Source: Acidobacteriota bacterium (GTDB lineage Bacteria > Acidobacteriota > Thermoanaerobaculia > Gp7-AA8). From it: a stretch of DNA of 64,000 bases. Location of the stretch: positions 96,001 through 160,000 of the forward strand of contig JAFATB010000014.1 of assembly GCA_019244185.1 (NCBI GenBank), written 5' to 3'. Below are positions 19,401-28,650 of the stretch, in pieces (within the stretch, counting starts at the first letter, position 1; the number at the start of each line of letters is the position of its first letter). Made by a program: the position numbers and the translations under genes. The notes beneath the pieces are model-generated. The model had not been told where the DNA came from and did no database searches. It was given only the letters and a program-made list of their open reading frames with translations.

Positions 19401-19442
19401 GGCAGCGATGGCGATGAACGCGGAAGCTCTCAAGACTCTCAT
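16431..19442 (-). CDS. TPR-CHAT domain protease with N-terminal signal/anchor (about 1003 aa)
   Basis: C-terminal CHAT motifs LVFVPDGPMYGLPFSAL, VHVAAHA (His), VVLAACSS (Cys), VVGTLWNIGD, WAPF. TPR-like helices. N-terminal hydrophobic segment after ATG 19442. Confidence 0.9.
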   Translation of the reverse strand: MRVLRASAFIAIAAVLCSLSIDCTKSDTNARKEWGLEPRLSVEVDWSLADQKDCRPIRTEQQAVSVAIAQTACSDAGIAALKNFADRDATAMSDLAAAYYIRAQRQNRPADYLNAFDAAFHAANAIPPPAAARFNLALCEEALGLTTDAMAIFGALQNEDATSRERLRRLQQQRDEQWSPRWLHAALRAGDRRAVERIVRLHPSSALLYMEDELLPDQLPYARTLADAWTRITGNHYARDEIAAVASANPAQRAALKAGYAALRDGRITTFPGINTYYAAAVPQLQLGGSPAALYARGGLAFSKKDVAAIEAMRRETHARGYANIEAWLTSGAGYQLWQQDRHLEALAHYDEASAMYRRLHDPEGLTATATRRFGILRVLGQSERGWSDALATVRNRRFLGQPRDRHLVLGESAASALALGHPQAALQYANEGVRFVQQMSVETPPDRLVAIAYLQTNIAIALRRRADYQLLTGHNHAALQDLAEARRLSARDPSPQYRVALDARIAEVEAQAYAPRDPRRAVAAFTSAIDLSRGLEYSAFRASLYAQRAAAERRAGLERESEADLRAALDLLHQEEARVLEKRVRGGEDILWSDYFSRFEDAYHVLIRELIETNRQAEAFVYADRSRAFEPLNLALKLAPPPNAPSQLDLPALQRTLPPGTFLIEYTVMEDRTYAWVISRDAWRLLPLGVRQRDVERWNNALSRAVPTRDTTTLDATLFAAYDALLAEPLRAVAQMTNGAARLVFVPDGPMYGLPFSALRNPETRRYVIEDAPVETAGSAALYTLSVTRDAQLPRDTSALLIGNPDGAHLPGAEAEVHAIAQSYAGAVVRTGADATADAFITGVRDDAIVHVAAHAIVDAQTPSSSSLHFAQTPGQPGALDAAHLLSQLKPGRARLVVLAACSSAAGMPVGAEGVGPLVRPLIANGVPAVVGTLWNIGDATVEPLLVSFHQHYRMGDDAAVAMQKAQIELLRKNNSSGLQSVLVWAPFQVIGHGSSPFAPAR

Positions 19443-19475
19443 ACGATACGCGTTTCGCGGAATCGAGAGCAGGCG

Positions 19476-20033
19476 ATGATGCGGAGGAGACACGGAGACC
19501 GCGACGACGCGCGCTTCGAGGCGTTGTACCGGAAGTATTACGCGCGCGTATACCGCTTCTTTCGCGGCTACGGGCTCGCCGACGATCAGGCGCAGGACCT
19601 CGCCCAGGCGACGTTCACGCGGATCTACGAGAGTTTCGACCAGTACCGCGGCGAGGCGGAGTGGGGCTTCATCCAGACCACGGCGCGCAACGAATTACTG
19701 AACTGGATCCGCTCGCGCAAGACCGCCAAGCGCAACGCCGACGTCCAGAGCATCGATGAAGTATTGACCAGCGAAGAGCCGCGCGTCGAGGAAGGCCCCG
19801 ACCTCGCCGAACGGCAGCAATCACAACTGCGCAAGGCACGCCTCTGGGCGGCCATCGCCGGACTGCCGGAAGGGCAGCGTCAGTGCATGGAGCTCTGGCT
19901 GAGCGAGGCGAAGTACGAGGGCATCGCGCGGACGCTCGGCATCACCGTCGATGCCGTCAAGTCGCGCATCCGGGACGCCAAACGATCCTTGCGCAGCACA
20001 CTGGGAGAAGCCCTCCCGGAGGACGACGAATGA
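19476..20033 (+). CDS. ECF (sigma70 group 4) sigma factor (185 aa)
   Basis: Region 2 AQDLAQATF...W...TARN and region 4 LPEGQRQC...[19 protein letters not shown]. Confidence 0.9.
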
Positions 20034-20788
20034 TCACCAAGGCGGAACTGCAGGCAATTCACGGGCAGGTCCAGGCGGAACGGCGAAGGCTGCTCGCGCC
20101 GCCGACGAATGAAGAACTGTTCGCGTTCATGCGCGGCGAACTGAAGCCGGAGGAGGAGGCGCGCGTCCGCGAACTGCTCATCGCGTATCCCGAGCTCGTG
20201 CGAGCGATGACCGAGCCGTTCCCCGTCGACGACGCGCGGCCGGGCGACCCCGGCTATCTTTCGGAGAGCGATCTCGACGTGCAGTGGCGCTCGCTGCAGA
20301 CGCGCATCCACGGCGATGCGTCGACGTCGAACCTGCGCTTCTGGCGGCGGACGTCGTTCGCGCTCGCGGCCGCGCTGGTCGTGGCGTTCGGCGGTCTCGT
20401 GTGGCAGTCGACGCGCGCGCGGCAGGCCGGGCTCGCGCCGCGCGTGGCCATCGACGGACAGCAACTGCTCCCCGACGGCGAGCGCGGCGCCGCGCAGCCG
20501 GTGACGCTCCTCGCGCGCGGCGACACGTTCCTGCTGTACACCTCGCTCATCAACCCGCCGGGCTTCGCGTCGTACCGGCTCGAGCTCGTGCGCGAAGACG
20601 CGCCGGCGCATCCCATCTGGAGCAGTCCGCCGCTGCCGCGTCCCGCGAACGATACGTTCCAGGTCGTCGTCCCCGCCGCCTTCCTCGCGCCGGGCCGCTA
20701 CCAGATGATCGTCCTCGGCGTGAGCGGCGCGCGGCAGGAGCGGCTCGCAACGTACTCGTTGCACGTCGCCGACACGCGTCCGATGTGA
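20030..20788 (+). CDS. Putative transmembrane anti-sigma factor (252 aa)
   Basis: ATGA coupling to the sigma gene. N-terminal [21 protein letters not shown] (zf-HC2-like position but lacking HxxxCxxC), single TM, extracytoplasmic beta domain. Confidence 0.75.
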
Positions 20789-20811
20789 GGCGGTTACCAT
20801 GATGCCACGCC

Positions 20812-23403
20812 ATGCGTGGCTCGCTCGCCCTCGCTCTCGTGCTCACCGCGTTCTCCCTTTCCGCACAGGAGCGTGAGCTCGACGCCGCAACGACTCGCGA
20901 TCTCGATTTCGCACTGACCCCGCGCACGGCGAAGCTGTCGGGCGATGCGTCCGTGATCCCGATCGAGATCGCGATCCCCGCGGACGAGCTGCAGTTCGTC
21001 GAGGAGGGCGGCGTGCTCGCCGCGACGTTCTCCGTGCGCGCGGAAGCGCGCGGACAGACGACGCGGCTCGACGAGCCGCAGCGCATCACCGCGCCGCGCG
21101 GCACGACGCCCGCGGGCGCGGTGACGCGGCGCTTCGACGTGCATGTGGAGCGCGGCACGACCACGATCGACGTCGTGCTGCGCGACGAAAACGCGCAACG
21201 CGAGGCGCGCCGCACGCTGGCCATCGACGGACACGAGGTGCATCTCGTCGACGTGGCCGACGTGCGCGCGGCGGATGCGCTCTGGCGCGACGCGCTCGAC
21301 CGCGCGCAGCGCGAGCACAAACCGATCGTGGTCTTCTTCGAGACGCGCCCGTGCAGCCGCTGCCGCACGTTCGCGAGCGCCACGCTGCCGCATCCCGCGA
21401 TCCAGCGCCGCCTCCCGCCCGTGGTCGTCGTCACATTGCCGGCGCAGGCCGGCGAGGCGGCGCGGCAGTGGCAGTCCGCCGACGCGGGTGTCGCGTTTTT
21501 CGATCGACGCGGCGTGCTGCGCGCGCGCTGGCCGATCGTCCCCGACACGACCGACTTCGGCATCATCCTCGACTCCGTCGCCGCGGTCGCGAATGACTTC
21601 GAGCGCGCCGCGCAGCTCTTCGACGCGAACGACCCGGGCGCCGCGGAGCTCGCCGTCGCGAACGGATTCGGACGCCTGGGGCGCATCGCCGACGCGCGTG
21701 CGGCGCTCGCCCGCGCGCAGGCGTTGCAGGATCGCGCGACGCAGCAGGCGGCGCTGGTCATCGGCGCGATCTTCGACGCGAACGAAGGCAGAGTCGCGGA
21801 CGCGCTGACGCTGCTCCAGCCGCTCGCCGCCTCGGCGGTGAATGCGCAAATCGCCGCGGATGCGTGGCTCGCGATCGGCGCGCTGCAGCGCGCCCGCGGC
21901 GCGAACGACGCTGCCGCACGCGCGTTCACCGCGGCGCTCGAACATCTCGACCCGAATGCGCCGCGCGCGGCGGACGCACGGCAGGCGCTCGATGAGCTGC
22001 GCAACGGGATGCGCGTCGCCGGCGCCGTGCGCGTGTTGCCGCCGTCGCGACAGGTCGTCAGCGGCCGGCAGCTCGTACGCACGCACGTCGGCTCGCCCGC
22101 CGTCGCGCGCGTGGCGTTTTCCATCGATGGCAAGGAAGCCGCGCGCGTGACGCGGCCGCCGTTCTCGGCCACGCTCGATTTCGGCGACGTGCCGGAACGC
22201 CACGTCATCCGCGCGGTCGCCGTCGATCGCAAAGGCCGCGCGATCGGCCGCGACGAGCGCGCGGTCAACGACGCCGGCGAGACGTTCTGGCTGCACTTCG
22301 TCTCGCCGCGGGAAGGTCCCGCGGACGGCAGCAAGGTGCACGTCGCCATGAACCTGCGCGTGCCGCCGACGCAAACGCTGCGGCGGCTCGTCGTGTCGTG
22401 GAACGATGCCGAGCGCGCGGTGCTGCAGGCGCCGCCGTGGGAGACGGACGTCGCCATTCACAACGGCGAAGTCGGCGTGTTGCGCGCGGTCGCGGAGCTG
22501 AACGATGGGCGCACGTCGGAAGACGCGGTGCTCCTCAACGCCGGCGGCGCCGCGGGCCGCGCGGACGTGCAGCTCGTCGAGCTGCGGATGACGATCGCCG
22601 GCCGCGACGGCAACGCATCCGCCGTCACCGCGCAGGACATCGTCGTCCGCGAAGGCACGCGCTCGCGCCGCGTCGAATCGATCGCCTCCGCCGGGGAAAC
22701 GCCGCTCACGATCGGACTGCTCATCGACGTCTCCGCGAGCATGCAGGCCTCGCTCCTCGACGTGCAGGAAGCCGCCATCGGTTTCCTCGAGTCGATCCTC
22801 GGCCCGCGCGACCGCGCGTTCGTCATCACCTTCGACACGCGCGCGCGCCTCGTGCAGCCGGCGACCTCCGACGTCGCGCAGCTCCGCCGCCAGATCATGA
22901 CGCTGCGCCCCGACGGCCTCACGTCGATCCACGACGCGATGGTCCTCGGCCTCCTGCAGTTCGAAGGCGTGAAAGGCCGCCGCGCGATGATCGTCTTCAC
23001 CGACGGCCTCGACATCACCAGCGAGTACAAAGTCGCCGACGTGCGCGAGCTCGCGCGCCGCGTCTACGTGCCGATCCACGTCATCGCCTCGACGCCCGGC
23101 ACCGCCGCGCGATTGCGCGCGTCGAGCGAGCCGCCGAAAGCGGAGCGCAGACTCGACGCGCCGAACGCGGAGCTGATGTCGATCGCGCGGGCCACCGGCG
23201 GCTCCGCGCAGACGCTCGACAACCTCGCCGAGCTCCCGCGCCTCTACGCGCAAATCGAGTCCGCCCTGCGCGCGCAACTCCTCGCCTTCGTCCGCACCGA
23301 CCCCGGCACGCGCGCCAACGAATGGCGCCCGGTTACCGTGCACGTGAACGGCCGCAAAGACGCGGAGGTGTTTGCGCCCGAGGGGTATTACGCGCCGTGG
23401 TGA
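20812..23403 (+). CDS. Secreted multidomain vWA protein (thioredoxin-like CxxC, TPR-like, Ig-like, vWA; 863 aa)
   Basis: Signal peptide; KPIVVFF...PCSRC; helical repeats; VAFSIDG...RAVAVD Ig-like unit; MIDAS LIDVSASM, TSIHDA, VFTDG. Confidence 0.85.
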   Translation: MRGSLALALVLTAFSLSAQERELDAATTRDLDFALTPRTAKLSGDASVIPIEIAIPADELQFVEEGGVLAATFSVRAEARGQTTRLDEPQRITAPRGTTPAGAVTRRFDVHVERGTTTIDVVLRDENAQREARRTLAIDGHEVHLVDVADVRAADALWRDALDRAQREHKPIVVFFETRPCSRCRTFASATLPHPAIQRRLPPVVVVTLPAQAGEAARQWQSADAGVAFFDRRGVLRARWPIVPDTTDFGIILDSVAAVANDFERAAQLFDANDPGAAELAVANGFGRLGRIADARAALARAQALQDRATQQAALVIGAIFDANEGRVADALTLLQPLAASAVNAQIAADAWLAIGALQRARGANDAAARAFTAALEHLDPNAPRAADARQALDELRNGMRVAGAVRVLPPSRQVVSGRQLVRTHVGSPAVARVAFSIDGKEAARVTRPPFSATLDFGDVPERHVIRAVAVDRKGRAIGRDERAVNDAGETFWLHFVSPREGPADGSKVHVAMNLRVPPTQTLRRLVVSWNDAERAVLQAPPWETDVAIHNGEVGVLRAVAELNDGRTSEDAVLLNAGGAAGRADVQLVELRMTIAGRDGNASAVTAQDIVVREGTRSRRVESIASAGETPLTIGLLIDVSASMQASLLDVQEAAIGFLESILGPRDRAFVITFDTRARLVQPATSDVAQLRRQIMTLRPDGLTSIHDAMVLGLLQFEGVKGRRAMIVFTDGLDITSEYKVADVRELARRVYVPIHVIASTPGTAARLRASSEPPKAERRLDAPNAELMSIARATGGSAQTLDNLAELPRLYAQIESALRAQLLAFVRTDPGTRANEWRPVTVHVNGRKDAEVFAPEGYYAPW

Positions 23404-23507
23404 GGGGCGCGGTGTAACCTCCGCGCAGCCATTGCGGCATGACAGGCCGTGCCGGGAGCCTGATGCGTGCGGCTTCGGGTCGCAAAGGTTCATACTGCCC
23501 CCATCCC

Positions 23508-26500
23508 ATGAACTCCATCGGCGGGGGCTTCGACGACACCGAGCGGCTCGGGGCGGGCGGGGACGGCGCGGCGTTGCCGTTCGAGGACGAGCGGCGGATG
23601 CCGGCGAGTGTCGGGCGGTATCAGATCGGCGTGCTCCTCGGGGCGGGCGGGATGGCGGAGGTGTATCGCGCGTTCGATCCGATGCTGAACCGCGCGGTCG
23701 CGTTGAAGTTTCTGCGCGAGACGAATCGCGAGCATCTGACGCGGTTTCTGCGCGAGGCGCGGGCGCAGGCGCAGGTGGGGCACGACAACATCTGCGACGT
23801 CTACGAGGCCGGCGTCGCCGACGGGCACGCGTTCATCGCCATGCGCTGCATCGACGGCGAGACGCTCGCCGACGCGGCGCCGCGCATGTCCGTCGACGAG
23901 AAAGTCGCGGTGCTGGCCGATGTCGCGGAAGCGGTGCACGCGGCGCATCGCACGGGGCTCGTGCATCGCGATCTCAAGCCGAACAACATCATGGTCGAGG
24001 CGAGCCCCGAGGGCGGGTGGCATGCGTGGGTGCTCGACTTCGGGCTCGCGCGCGACTCGTCGATGGACACCATGACCACCATCGGCACGATCATGGGCAC
24101 GCCGCCGTACATGGCGCCGGAGCAGGCGCGCGGCGAGCGCGCCAGCATCGACCGCCGCACGGACGTTTACAGCCTCGGCGCCACGCTCTTCGATCTGCTC
24201 AGCGGACGTCCGCCGTTCGTCGCCGACTCCAGTGTCGCCGTGATGCTGAAGGTGATGAACGAGGACGCGCCGTCGCTGCGCGCGCTCGATCCGTCGATTC
24301 CGCTCGACCTCGAAACGATCGTCCTCAAGTGCCTCGAGAAAGATCCGCAGCGCCGCTACGACTCCGCGCGCGCGCTCGCGGAAGACCTCCGCCGCTACCT
24401 CGACGGCGAGCCGATCGCCGCGCGGCGCACGACGTTCGTCTATCGCTGGATGGTCCGCGCGCGCAAGCAACCGGTCATCGCCACGCTCCTTGGCATCGCG
24501 TTCGTGGCGGTGCTCGCGTCGATGGCGTGGGCGGTGACGACGTCGATCCGTTCCGCGGAACGCCAGCGCGCCGCGCAGCGCTTCGGCCAGGAGATCGAGC
24601 GCATCGAGGCCGTGGCGCGTTACGCGAACATGCTGCCGCTCCACGACGTGCAGCGCGAGCGCCGCCGCATCCGCAATGCGATCGGCACCATCGAGCGCGA
24701 GATGCGCACGCTCAACGCGACGTCGGCCGCGCCCGCGCATTACGCGATCGGCCGCGGCTACCTCGCGCTGCGCGAATATGACCTCGGCCGCCGCCATCTC
24801 GAGGCCGCCTGGAACGGCGACTACCGCGCGCCGGAAGTCGCGTACGCGCTCGGCCGCGTCATCGGCGCGCAGTATCAGGAGCAGCTCGAGGAAGCGGACC
24901 GCATCGCCAACGCCGACGCGCGCGCGGCGCGGCGCAAGCAGGTCGAGCAGCAGTATCGCGACGCGGCCCTCGGCTGGCTGCGGCGCAGCTCGAGCGCGGC
25001 CGGCGAGTCGCCCGCGTACGGCGAGGCGCTGATCGCGTTCTACGAGAAACGCTACGACGCCGCGCTCGCGCGGGCGCGGCAGGCGTTCGCGGACGTGCCG
25101 TGGATGTACGAGGCGAAGACGCTCGAAGGCGACATCTGGACCGAGCGCGGCACCAATCAGTTCAACAGCGGCGCCGTCGACGACGCCGTGGCGAGCTACA
25201 CGCGCGCGGGCGATGCGTATCGCGAAGCGGAAGCGATCGCGTCGAGCGACGAGACGGTGATGCTCGGCGAGGCGGAGCAGGCGTTCCGGCTGATGGTCGT
25301 GGCCATCGCGCGCGGCGGCGATCCGACGGAGATGTTGCAGCGCGGCCTCGCCGCGGCCGAGCGCGCGACGGCCACGCGCGGCGATCTCGAGGCGAGCTAT
25401 CGCGAGGAAGCGCTGCTCCTCCAGCGCTACGCCGACTGGCAGCAGTCGCAGGGACAGTCGCCGCTCGCCAGTCTCGACCGCGCCATCGCGTTCGGACGCA
25501 ACGCCGTCGCCGCGGACCCGAAGAGCGGCGCCGCGTTCCTCGCGCTCGGCTCCGCGCTCTTCATCCGCGCGCGCTACGCGGCGATGCACGGCGAGGATGC
25601 GATTCCGCTGTACGACGCGTCGATCGCGAACCTGCGGCGCTCCGTCGCGCTCGAACCGCGCAACGCGAACATCCTCATGAGCCTCGCGAACTCGCTGCGC
25701 AGAAAAGCGGAGGCGCTGGGGGAGAAAGGCGGCAATCCGCTGGCGCTGCTCAACGAGTCGATCGTGTACTACGACCGCGCCACCGCCGCGAATCCGCAGT
25801 GGCCGAACAGCTTCAACGACCGCGGCCTCGCCTTCATGACGCGCGGCGAATGGGAAGCGAACAACGGCATCGACCCGACCGCGTCGTACGAGGAATCGGC
25901 GCACAGCCTCGAGCGCGCGATCGCCATCAATCCGCGCTTCTCCGTCGCGCTGCTCAACCTCGGCACCGTGCACGTCGACCGCGCCAGCGCGGCGCTGCAG
26001 GCCGGACGCGATCCGCGACCGGCCGTGCAGCAGGCGAACGACACGTTTGCGGCGGCGCTGCAACTGAATCCGAAGCTCGCCTTCGCGTACTCGAACGCCG
26101 GCATCGCCAGCGTCATCGGCGCGCAGTGGGCGCTCGACGTCGGCGACGATCCGCGCCCATGGCTCGAGCGCGGCAAGGCGGCGTTCGCGCACGCGCTGGA
26201 GATCAATCCGCAGCACGCGAACTCGTATCTCTACACCGCCTCGCTCCTGCTCGCCGGCGCGCAGTGGACGGCGCGCAACGGCGGCGATCCGACGGCGCTG
26301 CTCGACGAGGCGCGCGCCAACGTGCGCCGCTCGGATGCGATCCGTCCCGACAGCGGCGACACGCTGCAGGTCGCGGCGTCGATCGAGGCGGAAGCGGCGC
26401 GCTACGCGCTCGCGCAGCATCGGTCCGCGGATGCGGCGCTGCGCGCGGCGCAGGCGTCCATCGACCGCGCGCGGCAGCAGAACGCGAGCGACGCGAAGAT

Positions 26501-26753
26501 CTTCTACACGGCGGCGGACGTCGCGTACTTGCGCGGTAACGACGCCGACGCGATGCAGTTCGTCGATCGCGCGCTGGCGCTCGATCCGCGCGACAGCGAC
26601 AGCCACGCGCTGCGCGGCGAGCTGCTGCTGCGCGGCCACGACGCGAAGGGCGCGCTCGGGGAGATCGACCGCGCCATCGCGCTCAAGCCGCCCGCGCGCG
26701 GCAAATGGGCGGCGCTGCGCGAAGAGGCGCGGCGTGCTACTTTCCCGCCATGA
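23508..26753 (+). CDS. Hanks-type Ser/Thr protein kinase with TM helix and TPR repeats (about 1081 aa)
   Basis: LGAGGMAEV, VALK, HRDLKPNN, DFGLAR, GTPPYMAPE, DVYSLG; TM VIATLLGIAFVAVLASMAWAV; long TPR array. Start could also be 23439. Confidence 0.92.
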   Translation: MNSIGGGFDDTERLGAGGDGAALPFEDERRMPASVGRYQIGVLLGAGGMAEVYRAFDPMLNRAVALKFLRETNREHLTRFLREARAQAQVGHDNICDVYEAGVADGHAFIAMRCIDGETLADAAPRMSVDEKVAVLADVAEAVHAAHRTGLVHRDLKPNNIMVEASPEGGWHAWVLDFGLARDSSMDTMTTIGTIMGTPPYMAPEQARGERASIDRRTDVYSLGATLFDLLSGRPPFVADSSVAVMLKVMNEDAPSLRALDPSIPLDLETIVLKCLEKDPQRRYDSARALAEDLRRYLDGEPIAARRTTFVYRWMVRARKQPVIATLLGIAFVAVLASMAWAVTTSIRSAERQRAAQRFGQEIERIEAVARYANMLPLHDVQRERRRIRNAIGTIEREMRTLNATSAAPAHYAIGRGYLALREYDLGRRHLEAAWNGDYRAPEVAYALGRVIGAQYQEQLEEADRIANADARAARRKQVEQQYRDAALGWLRRSSSAAGESPAYGEALIAFYEKRYDAALARARQAFADVPWMYEAKTLEGDIWTERGTNQFNSGAVDDAVASYTRAGDAYREAEAIASSDETVMLGEAEQAFRLMVVAIARGGDPTEMLQRGLAAAERATATRGDLEASYREEALLLQRYADWQQSQGQSPLASLDRAIAFGRNAVAADPKSGAAFLALGSALFIRARYAAMHGEDAIPLYDASIANLRRSVALEPRNANILMSLANSLRRKAEALGEKGGNPLALLNESIVYYDRATAANPQWPNSFNDRGLAFMTRGEWEANNGIDPTASYEESAHSLERAIAINPRFSVALLNLGTVHVDRASAALQAGRDPRPAVQQANDTFAAALQLNPKLAFAYSNAGIASVIGAQWALDVGDDPRPWLERGKAAFAHALEINPQHANSYLYTASLLLAGAQWTARNGGDPTALLDEARANVRRSDAIRPDSGDTLQVAASIEAEAARYALAQHRSADAALRAAQASIDRARQQNASDAKIFYTAADVAYLRGNDADAMQFVDRALALDPRDSDSHALRGELLLRGHDAKGALGEIDRAIALKPPARGKWAALREEARRATFPP

Positions 26754-28045
26754 GAATTGCAGCGCTCGCCCTCTCGCTCTCGCTCGCTCTCACCGCGTTC
26801 GCGCAACGTCCGGCGCAGACTCCCGCGGCGCCGCATGTCATCGCGCTCAAGGCCGCGCGCATGTTCGACGGCACGTCGAACGACGTCGTCGCGCCGGGAC
26901 TCGTCGTCGTGGAAGGCTCGCGCATCCGCGCGATCGGCGGCGCGGTGCCGGCCGGCGCGGAAGTCATCGATCTCGGCGACGTCACGCTGTTGCCCGGCTT
27001 CATCGACGCGCACACGCACCTCTCGTTCGAGTCGGGCGACAACTTCTACCGCGAATACTTCGAAGGGCTGATGCGCCATCCGCCGGAGCAGGCGCTGCTC
27101 GCGTCGACGTACGCGCGTAAGACCATCGAAGCCGGCTTTACCACCGTGCGCGACGTCGGCTCGAACCAGTACATCGACGTCTCGCTGCGCAACGCCATCA
27201 ACGCCGGCATCATCGTCGGACCGCGCATGCTCGTGGCCGTGCACGCGATCAGCGCGACCGGCGGCCACGGCGACTCCGACGCCTACCCGCCGTCGCTCGG
27301 CATCCCGCAGTCGGGACCGATCGACGGCATCTGCAACGGTCCTGAAGAGTGCCGCGCGGCGGTGCGCTACCAGATCAAATACGGCGCGGACGTGATCAAG
27401 GCCATGCCCTCGGGCGGCGTGCTGTCGCTCGCCGATCCGGTCGACGTGCCGGAGCTGACGAAGGACGAGATCACGGCCATCGTCGAGGAAGCGCACGCGT
27501 GGAAGCGCAAGGTCGCCGCGCACTGCCACGGCGACGCGGCGGCGAAGACGGCCATCACCGCGGGCGTGGACTCGATCGAGCACGGCACGTTCCTGCAGCC
27601 CGACACGCTGGCGATGATGCGCGACAAGGGCACGTATCTCGTGCCGACGCTGCTCGCGGCGGAGACGCTGAAGACGAAGCTCGACGGGCTTCCGCCGGCC
27701 GTCGCGAACAAGGCGCGCGCGGCCATCGCGGCGCGCGACACGATGTTCCGCAACGCGCTCAAGAGCGGCGTGAAGATCGCGTTCGGCACCGACTCCGCGG
27801 TCTCGCGCCACGGCGTGAACGCGCGCGAGTTCGCGCTGATGACGAGCCTCGGCATGTCGCCCGCCGCCGCGCTGCGCACGATCGGGACGAGCGCCGCGCT
27901 CCTCGGCGTCGACGACCGCCTCGGCTCGCTCGCCGCCGGCAAGCTCGCCGACGTCGTGGCGGTGCCGGGTAATCCGCTCACCGACATCACCGCGACCGAG
28001 CGCGTGTCGTTCGTGATGAAGGAAGGGACGATCGTGAAGCGATGA
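26750..28045 (+). CDS. Secreted amidohydrolase (Xaa-Pro dipeptidase-like; 431 aa)
   Basis: Signal peptide; PGFIDAHTH, GADVIK, AAHCHG, SIEHG, FGTDS, GKLAD motifs. Confidence 0.9.
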   Translation: MRIAALALSLSLALTAFAQRPAQTPAAPHVIALKAARMFDGTSNDVVAPGLVVVEGSRIRAIGGAVPAGAEVIDLGDVTLLPGFIDAHTHLSFESGDNFYREYFEGLMRHPPEQALLASTYARKTIEAGFTTVRDVGSNQYIDVSLRNAINAGIIVGPRMLVAVHAISATGGHGDSDAYPPSLGIPQSGPIDGICNGPEECRAAVRYQIKYGADVIKAMPSGGVLSLADPVDVPELTKDEITAIVEEAHAWKRKVAAHCHGDAAAKTAITAGVDSIEHGTFLQPDTLAMMRDKGTYLVPTLLAAETLKTKLDGLPPAVANKARAAIAARDTMFRNALKSGVKIAFGTDSAVSRHGVNAREFALMTSLGMSPAAALRTIGTSAALLGVDDRLGSLAAGKLADVVAVPGNPLTDITATERVSFVMKEGTIVKR

Positions 28046-28599
28046 CCTTCCAGTGGATCTTCATGTTGTGGGGCGTGAGCGAGATCGTGCTCGCGATCGC
28101 GAAGCGCTCCGGCAGCACCGGCGCGACGCGTAAGGATCGCGGCTCGCTGTCGCTCCTGTGGCTCGCGATCGGAGGTGGGATTGCGCTCGCGGTGTGGCTG
28201 GCGTACGCGCAGCTCTCGCCGATCGCGCTGCCGCGCCGCACGATCCTCGCCGTCGCGGTGTCGCTGCTCCTCGCGGGTGTCGTGCTGCGCGTCGCCGCCA
28301 TTGCGACGCTGAAGAAATCGTTCACCGTCGACGTCGCCGTGCGCGCCGATCAGACCATCATCCAGCACGGGCCGTATCGCTGGATGCGGCATCCGGCGTA
28401 CACCGGCGCGCTGCTGTCGTTCTACGGCTTCGCGCTGTCGTTCGGCGACTGGCTGAGCGTCGCGGCGGTCGTCGTGCCGGTGACGCTCGCGTTTGCGTAT
28501 CGCATCCGCGTCGAAGAGCGCGCGCTCGTCGAGCAGTTCGGCCGCGAGTACGAGGACTACATGCGCCGCACGAAGCGCCTCGTGCCCGGCGTGTTCTGA
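28042..28599 (+). CDS. Isoprenylcysteine carboxyl methyltransferase (ICMT/PEMT-like) membrane protein
   Basis: Multiple TMs; GPYRWMRHPAYTG and RIRVEERAL...FGREY motifs. Confidence 0.88.
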   Translation: MTFQWIFMLWGVSEIVLAIAKRSGSTGATRKDRGSLSLLWLAIGGGIALAVWLAYAQLSPIALPRRTILAVAVSLLLAGVVLRVAAIATLKKSFTVDVAVRADQTIIQHGPYRWMRHPAYTGALLSFYGFALSFGDWLSVAAVVVPVTLAFAYRIRVEERALVEQFGREYEDYMRRTKRLVPGVF

Positions 28600-28650
28600 G
28601 CGGCGCGCGCGTTTTCGCGCGCGCCGCGTTCGCGGCGATAATCTCCGGAA

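Noticed and set aside
15335-20788. Type III-E CRISPR (Craspase) locus or gasdermin
   Set aside because: No Cas7-11 gene, no CRISPR array, and the 358-aa protein shows no gasdermin features I can recognise; used only as an analogy.
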